This document shows positions 47,621 through 56,896 of a stretch of DNA of 64,000 nt, in pieces; position 1 is the first letter of the stretch; each line of letters opens with the position of its first letter. Below the pieces are notes generated by a model that was not told where the DNA came from, ran no database searches, and was given only the letters and a program-made list of their open reading frames with translations. Source of the stretch: Sphingobacteriales bacterium (lineage in GTDB: Bacteria; Bacteroidota; Bacteroidia; Chitinophagales; JADIYW01); the NCBI GenBank assembly GCA_016719635.1, contig JADJYT010000016.1, forward strand, positions 64,829 through 128,828. The letters are read 5' to 3'. The translations under genes were made by a program, and so were the position numbers.

Positions 47621-49537
47621 TTATTCCATATACTTTCTCCAGAAATTCTGAAACACAATCAATGCCCAGACCTGTGCATGCACATCGCCGGGATTATGGG
47701 AAAACAACCGCTGTTTCAGTTCCTGTATCATCTCTATATTAAAGACACCCTGCGACCGAATGTAATCATCCGACAGCCAGTCATTCAGAATCTTATCTTT
47801 CAAATCGGTTCTGAACCATTGCAGCAACGGCACCTCAAATCCTTTTTTAGGACGGTTGTATAATTCGTTGGGCAAAATTTCGCGGAAGGAATCCTGCACA
47901 ATCTTTTTCTTCAGGAATCCATTTATCTTGCTTGATACGGGCAATGAAAATGCAAATTCCACGATACGATAATCTAAGAAAGGAACGCGCACTTCCAGCG
48001 AATTGAGCATGCTCATCCTGTCCACCTTCACCAGCATATCATAGGGCAATACCATCCCGACATCCGCCAGCAGGCAATCATTGAGCGTACCGTCAAAATC
48101 AACCACAGAAGAAAACTGCTGCCGGGTTTCGATTATATCCGTCAATACCTTGTCCACCTTATCATTCAGTAATTTTTCCGGATATGCCTCGTCGCTGATA
48201 CAACACCAACGCCACCAGCGTTCTGCCGGAGAAATATCCATCCCTGAAGCAAATCGCTCCAACTGACGGACTTTATTTCCCAATTTCCCGCTTCTGGATT
48301 TTGGCATGCGTTCCCACACAGGTTGCAGCAGGTGAATCATTTTGGCCTGCCAGCTGCCGCTCCTTGTCTGCCATTCACCGTAGTGTTTATTGTATCCGGC
48401 AAATAACTCATCCCCACCGTCACCGCTCAGTGCAACGGTTACCTGTTGCCGGGTAAATTTAGAAAGGATATTGACCAGCAGGGCAGACGAATCCGCAAAC
48501 GGCTCATCCGTATAGTCGAGCAATTCATGCAGACTCTGGAACAAATCATCATTCTTTAATTTAAAGACGGTATGATTGGTATTAAAATGTTTGGCAACCA
48601 GATTGGCGTAGGGTGTTTCATCAAAAAATCCATTGCCTTCAAACCCGATAGAAAACGTATTGAGGTGCTGGGTATGCCTGACCGCCATGGCCGTGACCAC
48701 AGAGGAGTCAATCCCCCCACTCAGAAAGGCACCCAACGGCACATCCGAGATTAATCGCAACCGAACAGAATCGTCCATCAGGTCTATGAACTTTTTCTTC
48801 TGTTCGGAATAGGAAAGTTGATTTTGCTCCGCCTGCAGGGCGTTGTAGGGAATGGTGTACCAATGTTGAACAGACCACGGTCGACGGTCGACGGTCGACG
48901 GTCGACTATTTATTTCTATAAATGAACCAGGTTCTAACCGTTGTATGTCTTTAAAAACGGAATTCTTGCCGGGGATATAATTGAGTTGAAAATAAAGACT
49001 CACGGAACTCCAGTTGATTTCTTTCGGTACAGGGAAATTCAGAATCGCCTTTAACTCCGACCCAAAGAAAAAATAATCTTCATCCTGATAATAATACAAC
49101 GGTTTGATTCCAAAACGGTCACAGGCGATAAACAATTTTTCGGCTTCCTTGTCATAAACCGCAAACGCGAAAAATCCATTCAGCTTATGAAGACAATCAT
49201 TTCCGAAGTGTATATACGCATACAAGAGCACTTCGGTATCCGACTGTGTCCTGAACTGTACACCTTTTTGCTGCAATTCATGTCGAATAGACTGATAGTT
49301 GAAAATTTCCCCGTTAAAAATGATTGCATATCTGCCGGAGGCATCGTAAATAGGCTGGTTTGCCTGTTCAGAGGTATCAATGATGGATAAACGGGCATGT
49401 ATCAGGGATGCCTTACCGATAGTTACATAGTTCTGATTATCGGGACCCCGTTTTTTCAAGGAGACAGCTGCATTTTGCAGCCATTCGTCCTGAACCAGTT
49501 TGTTTTTATAAGAGAAAGCACCCGCAATTCCGCACAT
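47621..49537 (-). CDS. Asparagine synthase (glutamine-hydrolysing) family amidotransferase
   Basis: 638 aa with the MCGIAG Ntn nucleophile and the SGGIDSS PP-loop. It is located in a glycan-biosynthesis neighbourhood. Confidence 0.85.
   Translation of the reverse strand: MCGIAGAFSYKNKLVQDEWLQNAAVSLKKRGPDNQNYVTIGKASLIHARLSIIDTSEQANQPIYDASGRYAIIFNGEIFNYQSIRHELQQKGVQFRTQSDTEVLLYAYIHFGNDCLHKLNGFFAFAVYDKEAEKLFIACDRFGIKPLYYYQDEDYFFFGSELKAILNFPVPKEINWSSVSLYFQLNYIPGKNSVFKDIQRLEPGSFIEINSRPSTVDRRPWSVQHWYTIPYNALQAEQNQLSYSEQKKKFIDLMDDSVRLRLISDVPLGAFLSGGIDSSVVTAMAVRHTQHLNTFSIGFEGNGFFDETPYANLVAKHFNTNHTVFKLKNDDLFQSLHELLDYTDEPFADSSALLVNILSKFTRQQVTVALSGDGGDELFAGYNKHYGEWQTRSGSWQAKMIHLLQPVWERMPKSRSGKLGNKVRQLERFASGMDISPAERWWRWCCISDEAYPEKLLNDKVDKVLTDIIETRQQFSSVVDFDGTLNDCLLADVGMVLPYDMLVKVDRMSMLNSLEVRVPFLDYRIVEFAFSLPVSSKINGFLKKKIVQDSFREILPNELYNRPKKGFEVPLLQWFRTDLKDKILNDWLSDDYIRSQGVFNIEMIQELKQRLFSHNPGDVHAQVWALIVFQNFWRKYME
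48877..48906. repeat. Tandem heptanucleotide repeat (acggtcg) x4.3 inside the AsnB-like CDS
   Basis: The sequence acggtcgacggtcgacggtcgacggtcgac was read directly. It contains four overlapping GTCGAC sites and encodes RPSTVDRRPW in the inter-domain region. Confidence 0.95.
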
Positions 49538-49667
49538 TTCAATAGACCATTTTCGATGGACAAGTTACAATTTTCTTTGTCACTTTTGATGTCAAAAAAA
49601 ACAGCATTTTTCATATTGGCAAAAATAATGACAAGATTTCTCGATGCACACTGAATGACTGAAAAGG

Positions 49668-50546
49668 TCAGCTATTCCTGGAATCTTCGCCCCAGTTTAA
49701 CTTTTCGCGGAGGGTATTGAGGTAAGAGCTTTCGGGCATCCGCAGCAACTTGAATGAAAAACCGGCTTTGCGCACTGCCAATTGACAGGTATTATCGACA
49801 TTCCTGGAACGCGAATCTATGGAACACAGGAAATTATTGGAGCGACACTCCACCTCAAACGACAGTACCGTATCATCTGCAATAATAATAGGCCGGGCAT
49901 TGAGGTTATGCGGTGCAACCGGCGTTAAGACAAACGTTCCGGATGCTGGAAATACGATTGGCCCCCCGCAACTCAGCGAATAGGCCGTAGAACCTGTTGG
50001 CGTTGCTATAATTAATCCATCCGCCCAGAATGAATTCAGAAACTCCCCGTTCAGATATACATGTACCACAATCATGGAAGACGAATCTGTCTTGTGGATG
50101 GTAAATTCATTCAACCCATAATTTACCTCTCCGAAAACAGGCTTATTCGTCTCGACGCAAATCAGCGTTCTGTCTTCAATGGTATAGGTGTTTTGCTCAA
50201 TGGAGTCTATCAGCTGTTTAATCTCTTCCTTGTGAATATCGGCCAGGAATCCGAGCCTGCCCATATTAATGCCGGCAACCGGAATCTCGCTGTCGCGCAC
50301 CAAATGCAGGGTATCCAGCAATGTTCCGTCTCCCCCTAATGTAATCAGTAAATCTATGTTGGCTTTAACATCCAGATGGCTTCTGAAAAGTTGTATGCTT
50401 TGTTTCGGAAGATGTTTTTTTATGGATTTATAGTATTCTTCGTAAACAGATACGGAAAAATTTTTCTGGTAAAGCTGCTGCAACAACTCCAGCACGAAGG
50501 GCGTGTGCTCTTCCTTAAAAATCCTGCTGTATATGCCTATTCTCAT
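49668..50546 (-). CDS. nadK: NAD kinase
   Basis: 292 aa with GGDGTLL and TPTGSTAYSLSCGGP motifs. Confidence 0.9.
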   Translation of the reverse strand: MRIGIYSRIFKEEHTPFVLELLQQLYQKNFSVSVYEEYYKSIKKHLPKQSIQLFRSHLDVKANIDLLITLGGDGTLLDTLHLVRDSEIPVAGINMGRLGFLADIHKEEIKQLIDSIEQNTYTIEDRTLICVETNKPVFGEVNYGLNEFTIHKTDSSSMIVVHVYLNGEFLNSFWADGLIIATPTGSTAYSLSCGGPIVFPASGTFVLTPVAPHNLNARPIIIADDTVLSFEVECRSNNFLCSIDSRSRNVDNTCQLAVRKAGFSFKLLRMPESSYLNTLREKLNWGEDSRNS

Positions 50547-50583
50547 TCTATTTTATGGTTATCTTACGCTAATCTCCATTACC

Positions 50584-52008
50584 TTACAACGGTTGTTCAA
50601 AATGAATATAAAAGCCATGTTGTAAATATCGGTTGCAGCTGTATTCCAACCGCAGCAATTTGTCATTGAAAGTTACCAAATTTATACCACCTCCAAAACC
50701 AAATTGCCATTTATTTCTGTATTGGTTATTTTGTACCGTATAATAATCCCAGGCATAGCCGGCATCAAAATAAGCGGTAAGATACATATTAAAGGGTAAA
50801 TATGCCAATGAGGAATTAAGGATGGGCGAATTTTTGGCCTGCAGTTTTTTTAATTTCCTTAATTGCAAATCAAAGACACGGAAACGGTATTCATTCTTAA
50901 ATAATAAAAAATGCTGACCGTCTATTACATTAATCTCGTACCCTCTGATGGCATTTGTTTCGTATCCGAATGATTTCACAGGCTGCAAACTGTAAGGTTG
51001 ACGGAGTGGCCATGAAACCTGACCTTTTATCATAGCCGCTGCGGAAAAACGGGGATGTTTTTTCCATAACAGGTACTTGCTGAACTGGACACCGGCGGTG
51101 GTCATTCTCGTTTTCATGAATCCCAATCCGTAGTTGGTAAAATTAGCGGCAAAGTACCAGCCGTCAGTCGGATAAGTCCTGATATTCCGGTAATCCGACA
51201 CAAACGTATAACCTAACTTAAAAGCATGCTGATGCCGTGCGCTATCCAGGAAATAATCCGGATTCGCATGATGTACCGAATCGCTGATGGCACTGAAGCC
51301 GTAACCAATCTGAAAATAATGTGTGTTATGAATTTTCTTCCGGTAAGAAATCTGCTGTGTGATCTGAATTTTTTGCAACTGCCAGGATGTTCCCAGATTC
51401 ATGAAGGCCAGTTCATCATCCAGCGTATTGAAGGCAATGCGCTTACTGCGCGACATATTGAACAAGATCGACAATCCAACCTGCTCTTTCCTTCTGTTGA
51501 ACTGCGGAATGGAATACCCAATATCCAGCCGCTGGGCGAAACCAAAGCTCATGGCAAAATACAGGCGGTCGTTTCTGCCCGAAAGGTTATCCCAGTTCAG
51601 TTGTAATCCATATTGCAGACGTCTGAAATCATGACGATACTGCCTCCACCATTCCGCTACGTTACGGTCGGCAAACGCTATGATTGGTGCGGGTAAGATC
51701 ACCCATCGTTCTCTAACCTTAATGATCAGGTCCAGGCTGTCTTCCTCCCAGTTCTTTATATTGACGTTGACATCGTTAAATAACTTGAGATTGAAGATAT
51801 TGAGCCTGTTCTGCAATATGACAGCATCCATATCTTTTGCAGGGAAAGAATCATTCTGATGAATGGTCATTTCACGAAGGATGACAAAAGGTTTCGTTTT
51901 CTTGTTTCCCTCAATATAAATATTCCTGACTTTCAGAAAACGCGTGCTGTCTTGTGCGTAAGACAAGCAGGAACAGAAAATTAACTGTAAAAAAAAGATT
52001 TTCTTCAA
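50584..52008 (-). CDS. BamA/TamA-family outer-membrane beta-barrel protein (one POTRA-like domain)
   Basis: 474 aa with a signal peptide. It has the N-terminal IYIEGNKKTKPFVILREM POTRA-like segment, an aromatic-rich beta-barrel composition and a terminal aromatic residue near the C-terminus. Confidence 0.65.
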   Translation of the reverse strand: MKKIFFLQLIFCSCLSYAQDSTRFLKVRNIYIEGNKKTKPFVILREMTIHQNDSFPAKDMDAVILQNRLNIFNLKLFNDVNVNIKNWEEDSLDLIIKVRERWVILPAPIIAFADRNVAEWWRQYRHDFRRLQYGLQLNWDNLSGRNDRLYFAMSFGFAQRLDIGYSIPQFNRRKEQVGLSILFNMSRSKRIAFNTLDDELAFMNLGTSWQLQKIQITQQISYRKKIHNTHYFQIGYGFSAISDSVHHANPDYFLDSARHQHAFKLGYTFVSDYRNIRTYPTDGWYFAANFTNYGLGFMKTRMTTAGVQFSKYLLWKKHPRFSAAAMIKGQVSWPLRQPYSLQPVKSFGYETNAIRGYEINVIDGQHFLLFKNEYRFRVFDLQLRKLKKLQAKNSPILNSSLAYLPFNMYLTAYFDAGYAWDYYTVQNNQYRNKWQFGFGGGINLVTFNDKLLRLEYSCNRYLQHGFYIHFEQPL

Positions 52009-52115
52009 AACTCAGAATTCCACACAAAGGTACGAGAATAAATGCTGACATTTGGGTGCAACAGTATGTGGAAATGTGAAGAAATGGTTAGCCGACAATG
52101 GTTGTTCCCTGAATA

Positions 52116-52721
52116 CTAATGATATAAAAAGAGTCCGAGCATCTGGCCAAATATTCCGATAATAAAACCAGCATATACTTCCTGGAGTGTGTGTGCTCCA
52201 AGATAAAGACGTGCGCTCGCTATGGCTCCTGTTAGTACAACCATGATTAGAAAGAAGTAACTGACATCCGTCTGAGAAAAAAACAACATCGTCATAACCG
52301 CCATCAGTGCTCCGCTGATGCCCACCATGTGCAGGCTCAGTTTGTAAAAAACATTAATGACAAATGAAATAAAAAGAGATACCAGTGCACCCATCATGAA
52401 AATCATCATCATATAGGGAAAATTTGTCTTGCGCATGGCAAGATAAGCCCACACATAAAATACAATGGTCGCAACCAGCGGTATGATACGTTGTTTGTTA
52501 TCAGGCATGGATAAGCTGTCAATAAATCCGAGTTTCCTCATCAGGAGAATTGAGATGGCCGGAAACATAAACGTATTGATAAAAACTATCGCAATCACCA
52601 CTCCCGCCGGCATGCCGGCAAAAGAAAACGGGTTTGAATACAATAAAAAAAGTGCCATCCAGGCGGGGATAGCCAGTGGATGAAAAAGATAGGAGAGTAA
52701 ATGAGAGAATGTCCTGATCAC
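52116..52721 (-). CDS. PAP2-superfamily-like integral membrane protein
   Basis: 201 aa with about 6 TM helices. The SLHMVGISG and ARLYLGAHTLQEVYAG segments resemble PAP2 C2/C3 motifs. Confidence 0.5.
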   Translation of the reverse strand: MIRTFSHLLSYLFHPLAIPAWMALFLLYSNPFSFAGMPAGVVIAIVFINTFMFPAISILLMRKLGFIDSLSMPDNKQRIIPLVATIVFYVWAYLAMRKTNFPYMMMIFMMGALVSLFISFVINVFYKLSLHMVGISGALMAVMTMLFFSQTDVSYFFLIMVVLTGAIASARLYLGAHTLQEVYAGFIIGIFGQMLGLFLYH

Positions 52722-52772
52722 CGTTTGTTGGATTGAATAAATTTAAAGTATGTTAATTAGATAGTCCTGTAG

Positions 52773-54251
52773 TTACAATTCCTTTCGCAATCTTGCGACA
52801 GGAATATTCATCTGTTCGCGATATTTAGCAACTGTCCTGCGAGCAATATTGTATCCTTTCGCTTTCAATTGTTCGGTCAGGTACTCATCGCTTAACGGTT
52901 TGGATTTATCCTCCACGGCGATTAAATCCTCCAGGATCTTTTTCACCTCGCGGGTAGACACCTCTTCCCCTCCTTCCATCTGAAGGCCTTCTGAGAAAAA
53001 ATGCTTTAATGAAAAAACACCAAATTCTGTCTGGCAATATTTGCTGTTTGCCACACGCGAGACGGTCGAAATGTCCAACCCTGTGATTTCAGCAATATCT
53101 TTCAGAATCATCGGACGGAGCTTCATCTCATCGCCGGTCAAGAAATATTCTTTCTGAAAAGAAACAATAGCCTCCATAGTCACAAACAGCGTATGCTGGC
53201 GCTGTTTGATGGCATCTATAAACCATTTTGCCGCATCTATTTTTTGTTTGATGAATACGACCGCTTCTTTCTGTTTCTTGTCCTTCATACTGCCCTTCCC
53301 GTAGGAGGTCAGCATTTCCTTGAAGGAATCGCTGATACGCAGATCCGGTGCATTTTTCCCGTTCAGCAACACTTCCAGTTCCCCGTTATTATTTTCAACG
53401 GTAAAGTCCGGAATAATCGTCTGATGATTCACAGTTGCAGAAGATTCGCCGGCGCCGCCCGGTTTCGGATTCAGGTGGAGAATGATATCCAACGATTTTT
53501 TCAGTTGCGCTTCATCAATATCCAGCGACTTCATAAGTTTGTCGTAGTGCTTTTTGGTGAAGGCATCAAACTGATTCGTAATGATTTTCAGCGCGAGTTT
53601 TACATTCGGATTCTGTTCCTTTCGTTCCAGCTGTATTTGCAGGCACTCCTGCAGATTACGTGCACCCACACCGGGCGGATCAAACCGATGGATGGTTCGG
53701 AGCACTTCTTCGATTTCCGCTTCAGTCGTCGTCAGGTTCTTCTGGAAAGCCAGGTCATCCACTATGGCATCCAGTTCTCTGCGCAGATAGCCATCGTCAT
53801 CGATACTGCCAATCAGCTGATCAGCTATCTGCCATTCGTGCTCATCCAGATCCAGCAGATGGAGCTGCTCATCCAGAAAATCGTGAAAGGTTTTGCCGAC
53901 TGCAAATGGGGTAGATTTTTTTTCTTCCTTGCCTCTGTAATCGCTTTCATCGCTGTTGTAATCGAAATCGTCCTTGGTATATTCCTGCACATCTAAACTG
54001 TCCGCAAAGTCATCATCCGCTTTATCTTCAAAGGATTCATCTTCCTCATCCCGTATTTGCTCCGGCTCGGACAAATCTTCTTTTTCTCCATCATAATCCG
54101 ACAAGCTTTCCTCGAGCGCAGGATTAATTTCCAGTTCTTCTTTGATACGTTGTTCCAGGTTGGCGGTAGGAACTTGCAGTAATTTCATCAACTGTATCTG
54201 TTGAGGTGATAGTTTTTGAAGTAATTTCTGTGACAGTCTTTGATGAAGCAT
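52773..54251 (-). CDS. rpoN: RNA polymerase sigma-54 factor
   Basis: 492 aa. It has the N-terminal Q/L-rich region I (LSPQQIQLMKLLQ) and an acidic region II. The C-terminal RpoN box is ARRTVAKYREQMNIP. Confidence 0.95.
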   Translation of the reverse strand: MLHQRLSQKLLQKLSPQQIQLMKLLQVPTANLEQRIKEELEINPALEESLSDYDGEKEDLSEPEQIRDEEDESFEDKADDDFADSLDVQEYTKDDFDYNSDESDYRGKEEKKSTPFAVGKTFHDFLDEQLHLLDLDEHEWQIADQLIGSIDDDGYLRRELDAIVDDLAFQKNLTTTEAEIEEVLRTIHRFDPPGVGARNLQECLQIQLERKEQNPNVKLALKIITNQFDAFTKKHYDKLMKSLDIDEAQLKKSLDIILHLNPKPGGAGESSATVNHQTIIPDFTVENNNGELEVLLNGKNAPDLRISDSFKEMLTSYGKGSMKDKKQKEAVVFIKQKIDAAKWFIDAIKQRQHTLFVTMEAIVSFQKEYFLTGDEMKLRPMILKDIAEITGLDISTVSRVANSKYCQTEFGVFSLKHFFSEGLQMEGGEEVSTREVKKILEDLIAVEDKSKPLSDEYLTEQLKAKGYNIARRTVAKYREQMNIPVARLRKEL

Positions 54252-54395
54252 GTATGTTTATATCTTAAAGGAAAGCAAATGCCATCCCGGCACGAAAATA
54301 AGCATTTGAGGGAAATTAAAGAACGCCGATTCGTACTGTTTACATAAAAATCGATCTTTTCTGCGGTTTATCTTCTTGAACAAGTTTTTAAAGGA

Positions 54396-55421
54396 TTACT
54401 GCACAACCATTTCACTGGTATAAGAATCTTTTAATCCGTCACCTAAAGGAGTCGCGACTCCATTTTTCCAGTATTTAGCAACGTCATAAGTGCCGTTATA
54501 TTCATTTCCGGAAACAAAAATATCCGAACCAGATATGGCCATAGATGAAACCTCGGCGTACTTTGTGCCATCAGTCATGGGTACTGCTATACCATTCTTC
54601 CAGTATTTAGCAACACTTTCACTTCCATTACCTTCATATCCAACTACATATATATCACCATTTTTCACAAAAATCTTTCTGGCAAAAGAGAAAAAAGTGG
54701 AGCCCAACTGAAATGCGATTCCGTTTTTCCAATATTTAGCTATTGGTGTTATGCCTGAATACTCATATCCGCATACATATACATCCGTTCCTCCCACAAA
54801 TATGGAAAATGCTCTTGCGTGTTTCGTTCCATCCGTCAGACTCACAGGCACGCCATTTTTCCAATATTTGGCAACTTCTCTTGTTCCCGTGCTGCCACTT
54901 TGTTCAAAGCCCGCAATGTAAACATCTGATCCGGCAATGAACATCGAGCTTGCTATTGCTCTATATGTTCCATTCGTAATATTTTGAGGCACATCATTTT
55001 TCCATAATTTAATCACGTATTGTAGCGTCGTTGCGCTTTCCTCACCTCCAACTACCAATAAATCTGATCCCACAAGCGCAATATCATTAGCATACGCATT
55101 TTGTACTCCTCCTGACAAAGAAGTTGCTACGCCATTTTTCCAGTACTTTGCTACATTGACGCTACCATTGCTTTCATATCCTGCAACATACACATCACTA
55201 CCGGAAACAAACAGACCGTCAGCACTTGCATACTTTGTACCATCCGTCAAATTTGTTTCTATACCATTCTTCCACAGTTTAGCCCTGTATGTCGATCCGG
55301 ATGAACTGACTCTTTCGCTTCCTACAATAAAAACGTCCGGAGTTCGGGTATTCTCTTTCTTACAGGAGAACGACGAAAAAACCGCCAGAAAAATAAATAG
55401 ATTTAATAATTGCTTTTTCAT
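54396..55421 (-). CDS. Lipoprotein with seven ~43-aa YWKNG repeats (predicted beta-propeller), paralog 1
   Basis: 341 aa with a lipoprotein signal (FSSFSCKK). Seven repeats follow the pattern (A)KYWKNGv..xLtDGtk.A.a.si.vsGsDvYvaGyE. Confidence 0.7.
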   Translation of the reverse strand: MKKQLLNLFIFLAVFSSFSCKKENTRTPDVFIVGSERVSSSGSTYRAKLWKNGIETNLTDGTKYASADGLFVSGSDVYVAGYESNGSVNVAKYWKNGVATSLSGGVQNAYANDIALVGSDLLVVGGEESATTLQYVIKLWKNDVPQNITNGTYRAIASSMFIAGSDVYIAGFEQSGSTGTREVAKYWKNGVPVSLTDGTKHARAFSIFVGGTDVYVCGYEYSGITPIAKYWKNGIAFQLGSTFFSFARKIFVKNGDIYVVGYEGNGSESVAKYWKNGIAVPMTDGTKYAEVSSMAISGSDIFVSGNEYNGTYDVAKYWKNGVATPLGDGLKDSYTSEMVVQ

Positions 55422-55542
55422 TTTATGATTTTATAAACTAAAAGTAGACAGAATCATAAACTTCCACAACTAAAGTTAGTATCCGTAAACTTCGGATTAG
55501 AATTCGTTAATTATTGAGTTGAAATCAGGCCAAAGTGTTTAA

Positions 55543-55578
55543 AATTCTGCACTCTTAGGTGTCCTAGGAAACGGAATG
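55543..55578. repeat. Relic copy of the asnS 3' coding end (duplication scar)
   Basis: 33 of 36 nt are identical to 56901-56936, the last ~12 codons of asnS. Both copies contain the palindrome gtgtcctaggaaac. Confidence 0.9.
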
Positions 55579-55762
55579 GAAATCTCTTAGCCGGATGTGT
55601 AAACAATTGGATTGACAGGTCTGTCGACCAGCTCTCTAATGCAATACACAATAACTGAGAAAAAATAATAGATGAATATTGCTGCATCTCATGGATTAAA
55701 ATTAATGCACCTTGAATTGGCAAAAAAGATATTAAATCGTTGTTTGTTTGTTTAAATATTTT

Positions 55763-56776
55763 CTATTTCACACAAATGCCATTGATATAAGCGTACTCAG
55801 CACCGTCGGAAAGCGTAACCGGCACTCCGTTTTTCCAGTACCTGGCAACATCTACTGTCCCATTGTATTCATTACCTGCAACATAGATATCGGTTCCGGA
55901 TATGAAGATTGAAGTGGTCTCTGCATAATTAGTGCCATCCGTCAAACTTACCGGCTCACCATTCTTCCAGTATTTTGCAACTGCCTCCATTCCGTTCGAT
56001 TCTTCACCGGTAACGTAAATGTCACTATTTATAACCTGTATATCTTTTGCTCTGGCTGTCTTGGTGCCATCGGTCAAACTTACGGCTACTCCGTTTTTCC
56101 AGTATTTTGCAATTGGAGTAAAACCAGAATTGTTTTCCTGCCCTGCTGCGTAAACATCAGCACCCGAGACTACTATGGAATTTGCCTGTGCATCTTTAGT
56201 TCCATCTGATAAATTAACGGCTACGCCGTTTTTCCAATACTTTGCGACTCTTTTTGTTCCGTTTGATTCGTAACCTGCCACATAAACCTGGCCAGAAACA
56301 ACAAAAATGGAAAGACCTGCAGCTTCGTTGTTACCGTTTGTAAGGGTAACCGGAATTCCGTTTTTCCAGTACATAGCAATACTCTTGGTGGTAACCAAAC
56401 TATTCTCATATCCAGCAACATACACATCTCCGTCTGACACAACTATACAATATGCGCCAGCAGACTTGGTTCCATCAGTCAGGTTGGTCGATATACCGTT
56501 CTTCCAGTATTTTGCAACAAACCTAATTCCGGGTCTTTCGGAACCTGCTATATAGACATCATCGCCAGATATAAAAATGGAGCTTGCAACAGCGTCATTT
56601 ATTCCATCTGACAAATTGGTAAGTACGCCATTCTTCCAGTATTTTGCAACGTATGGAGTACCATATTCCGTTCCAACAGCATGAACTTCGGGTGTATTGT
56701 TTTTACCGTCTTTTTTACAGGAAGCAGCTAGCATCGCTATCATCCATAAGAGTGTTACAACTGAAATGCTTTTCAA
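55763..56776 (-). CDS. Lipoprotein with seven ~43-aa YWKNG repeats (predicted beta-propeller), paralog 2
   Basis: 337 aa. A TTG start gives MKSISVVTLLWMIAMLAASCKK, a lipoprotein signal. It has the same seven-repeat architecture as 54396-55421. Confidence 0.7.
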   Translation of the reverse strand: MKSISVVTLLWMIAMLAASCKKDGKNNTPEVHAVGTEYGTPYVAKYWKNGVLTNLSDGINDAVASSIFISGDDVYIAGSERPGIRFVAKYWKNGISTNLTDGTKSAGAYCIVVSDGDVYVAGYENSLVTTKSIAMYWKNGIPVTLTNGNNEAAGLSIFVVSGQVYVAGYESNGTKRVAKYWKNGVAVNLSDGTKDAQANSIVVSGADVYAAGQENNSGFTPIAKYWKNGVAVSLTDGTKTARAKDIQVINSDIYVTGEESNGMEAVAKYWKNGEPVSLTDGTNYAETTSIFISGTDIYVAGNEYNGTVDVARYWKNGVPVTLSDGAEYAYINGICVK

Positions 56777-56896
56777 CTTTAAATATTTATACTTAAAGAT
56801 AAAACAACTTAAAGAACCCTGCTTGAAAAATTAGTATACGTACGCTTCTGATTAGAAGTCGTAACATCACACTTCGTAAATAGTACTAAAAAATAA

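Noticed and set aside
48877-48906. Possibility that the short tandem repeats here (and at 59416-59448) are CRISPR-like
   Set aside because: The units are 7-8 nt, directly abutting, with no spacers and no cas genes. They are simple tandem repeats, not CRISPR.
53193-53996. 267-aa plus-strand ORF, plus nested ORFs at 53581-53790 and 53660-53914
   Set aside because: They are antisense to rpoN, whose RpoN box and region I are clear. They are shadow ORFs.
55511-55723. 70-aa minus-strand ORF between the two YWKNG genes
   Set aside because: It overlaps the asnS 3' relic and the unique spacer. It has no signal, no motif and no RBS or promoter context. I treat it as non-coding duplication debris.
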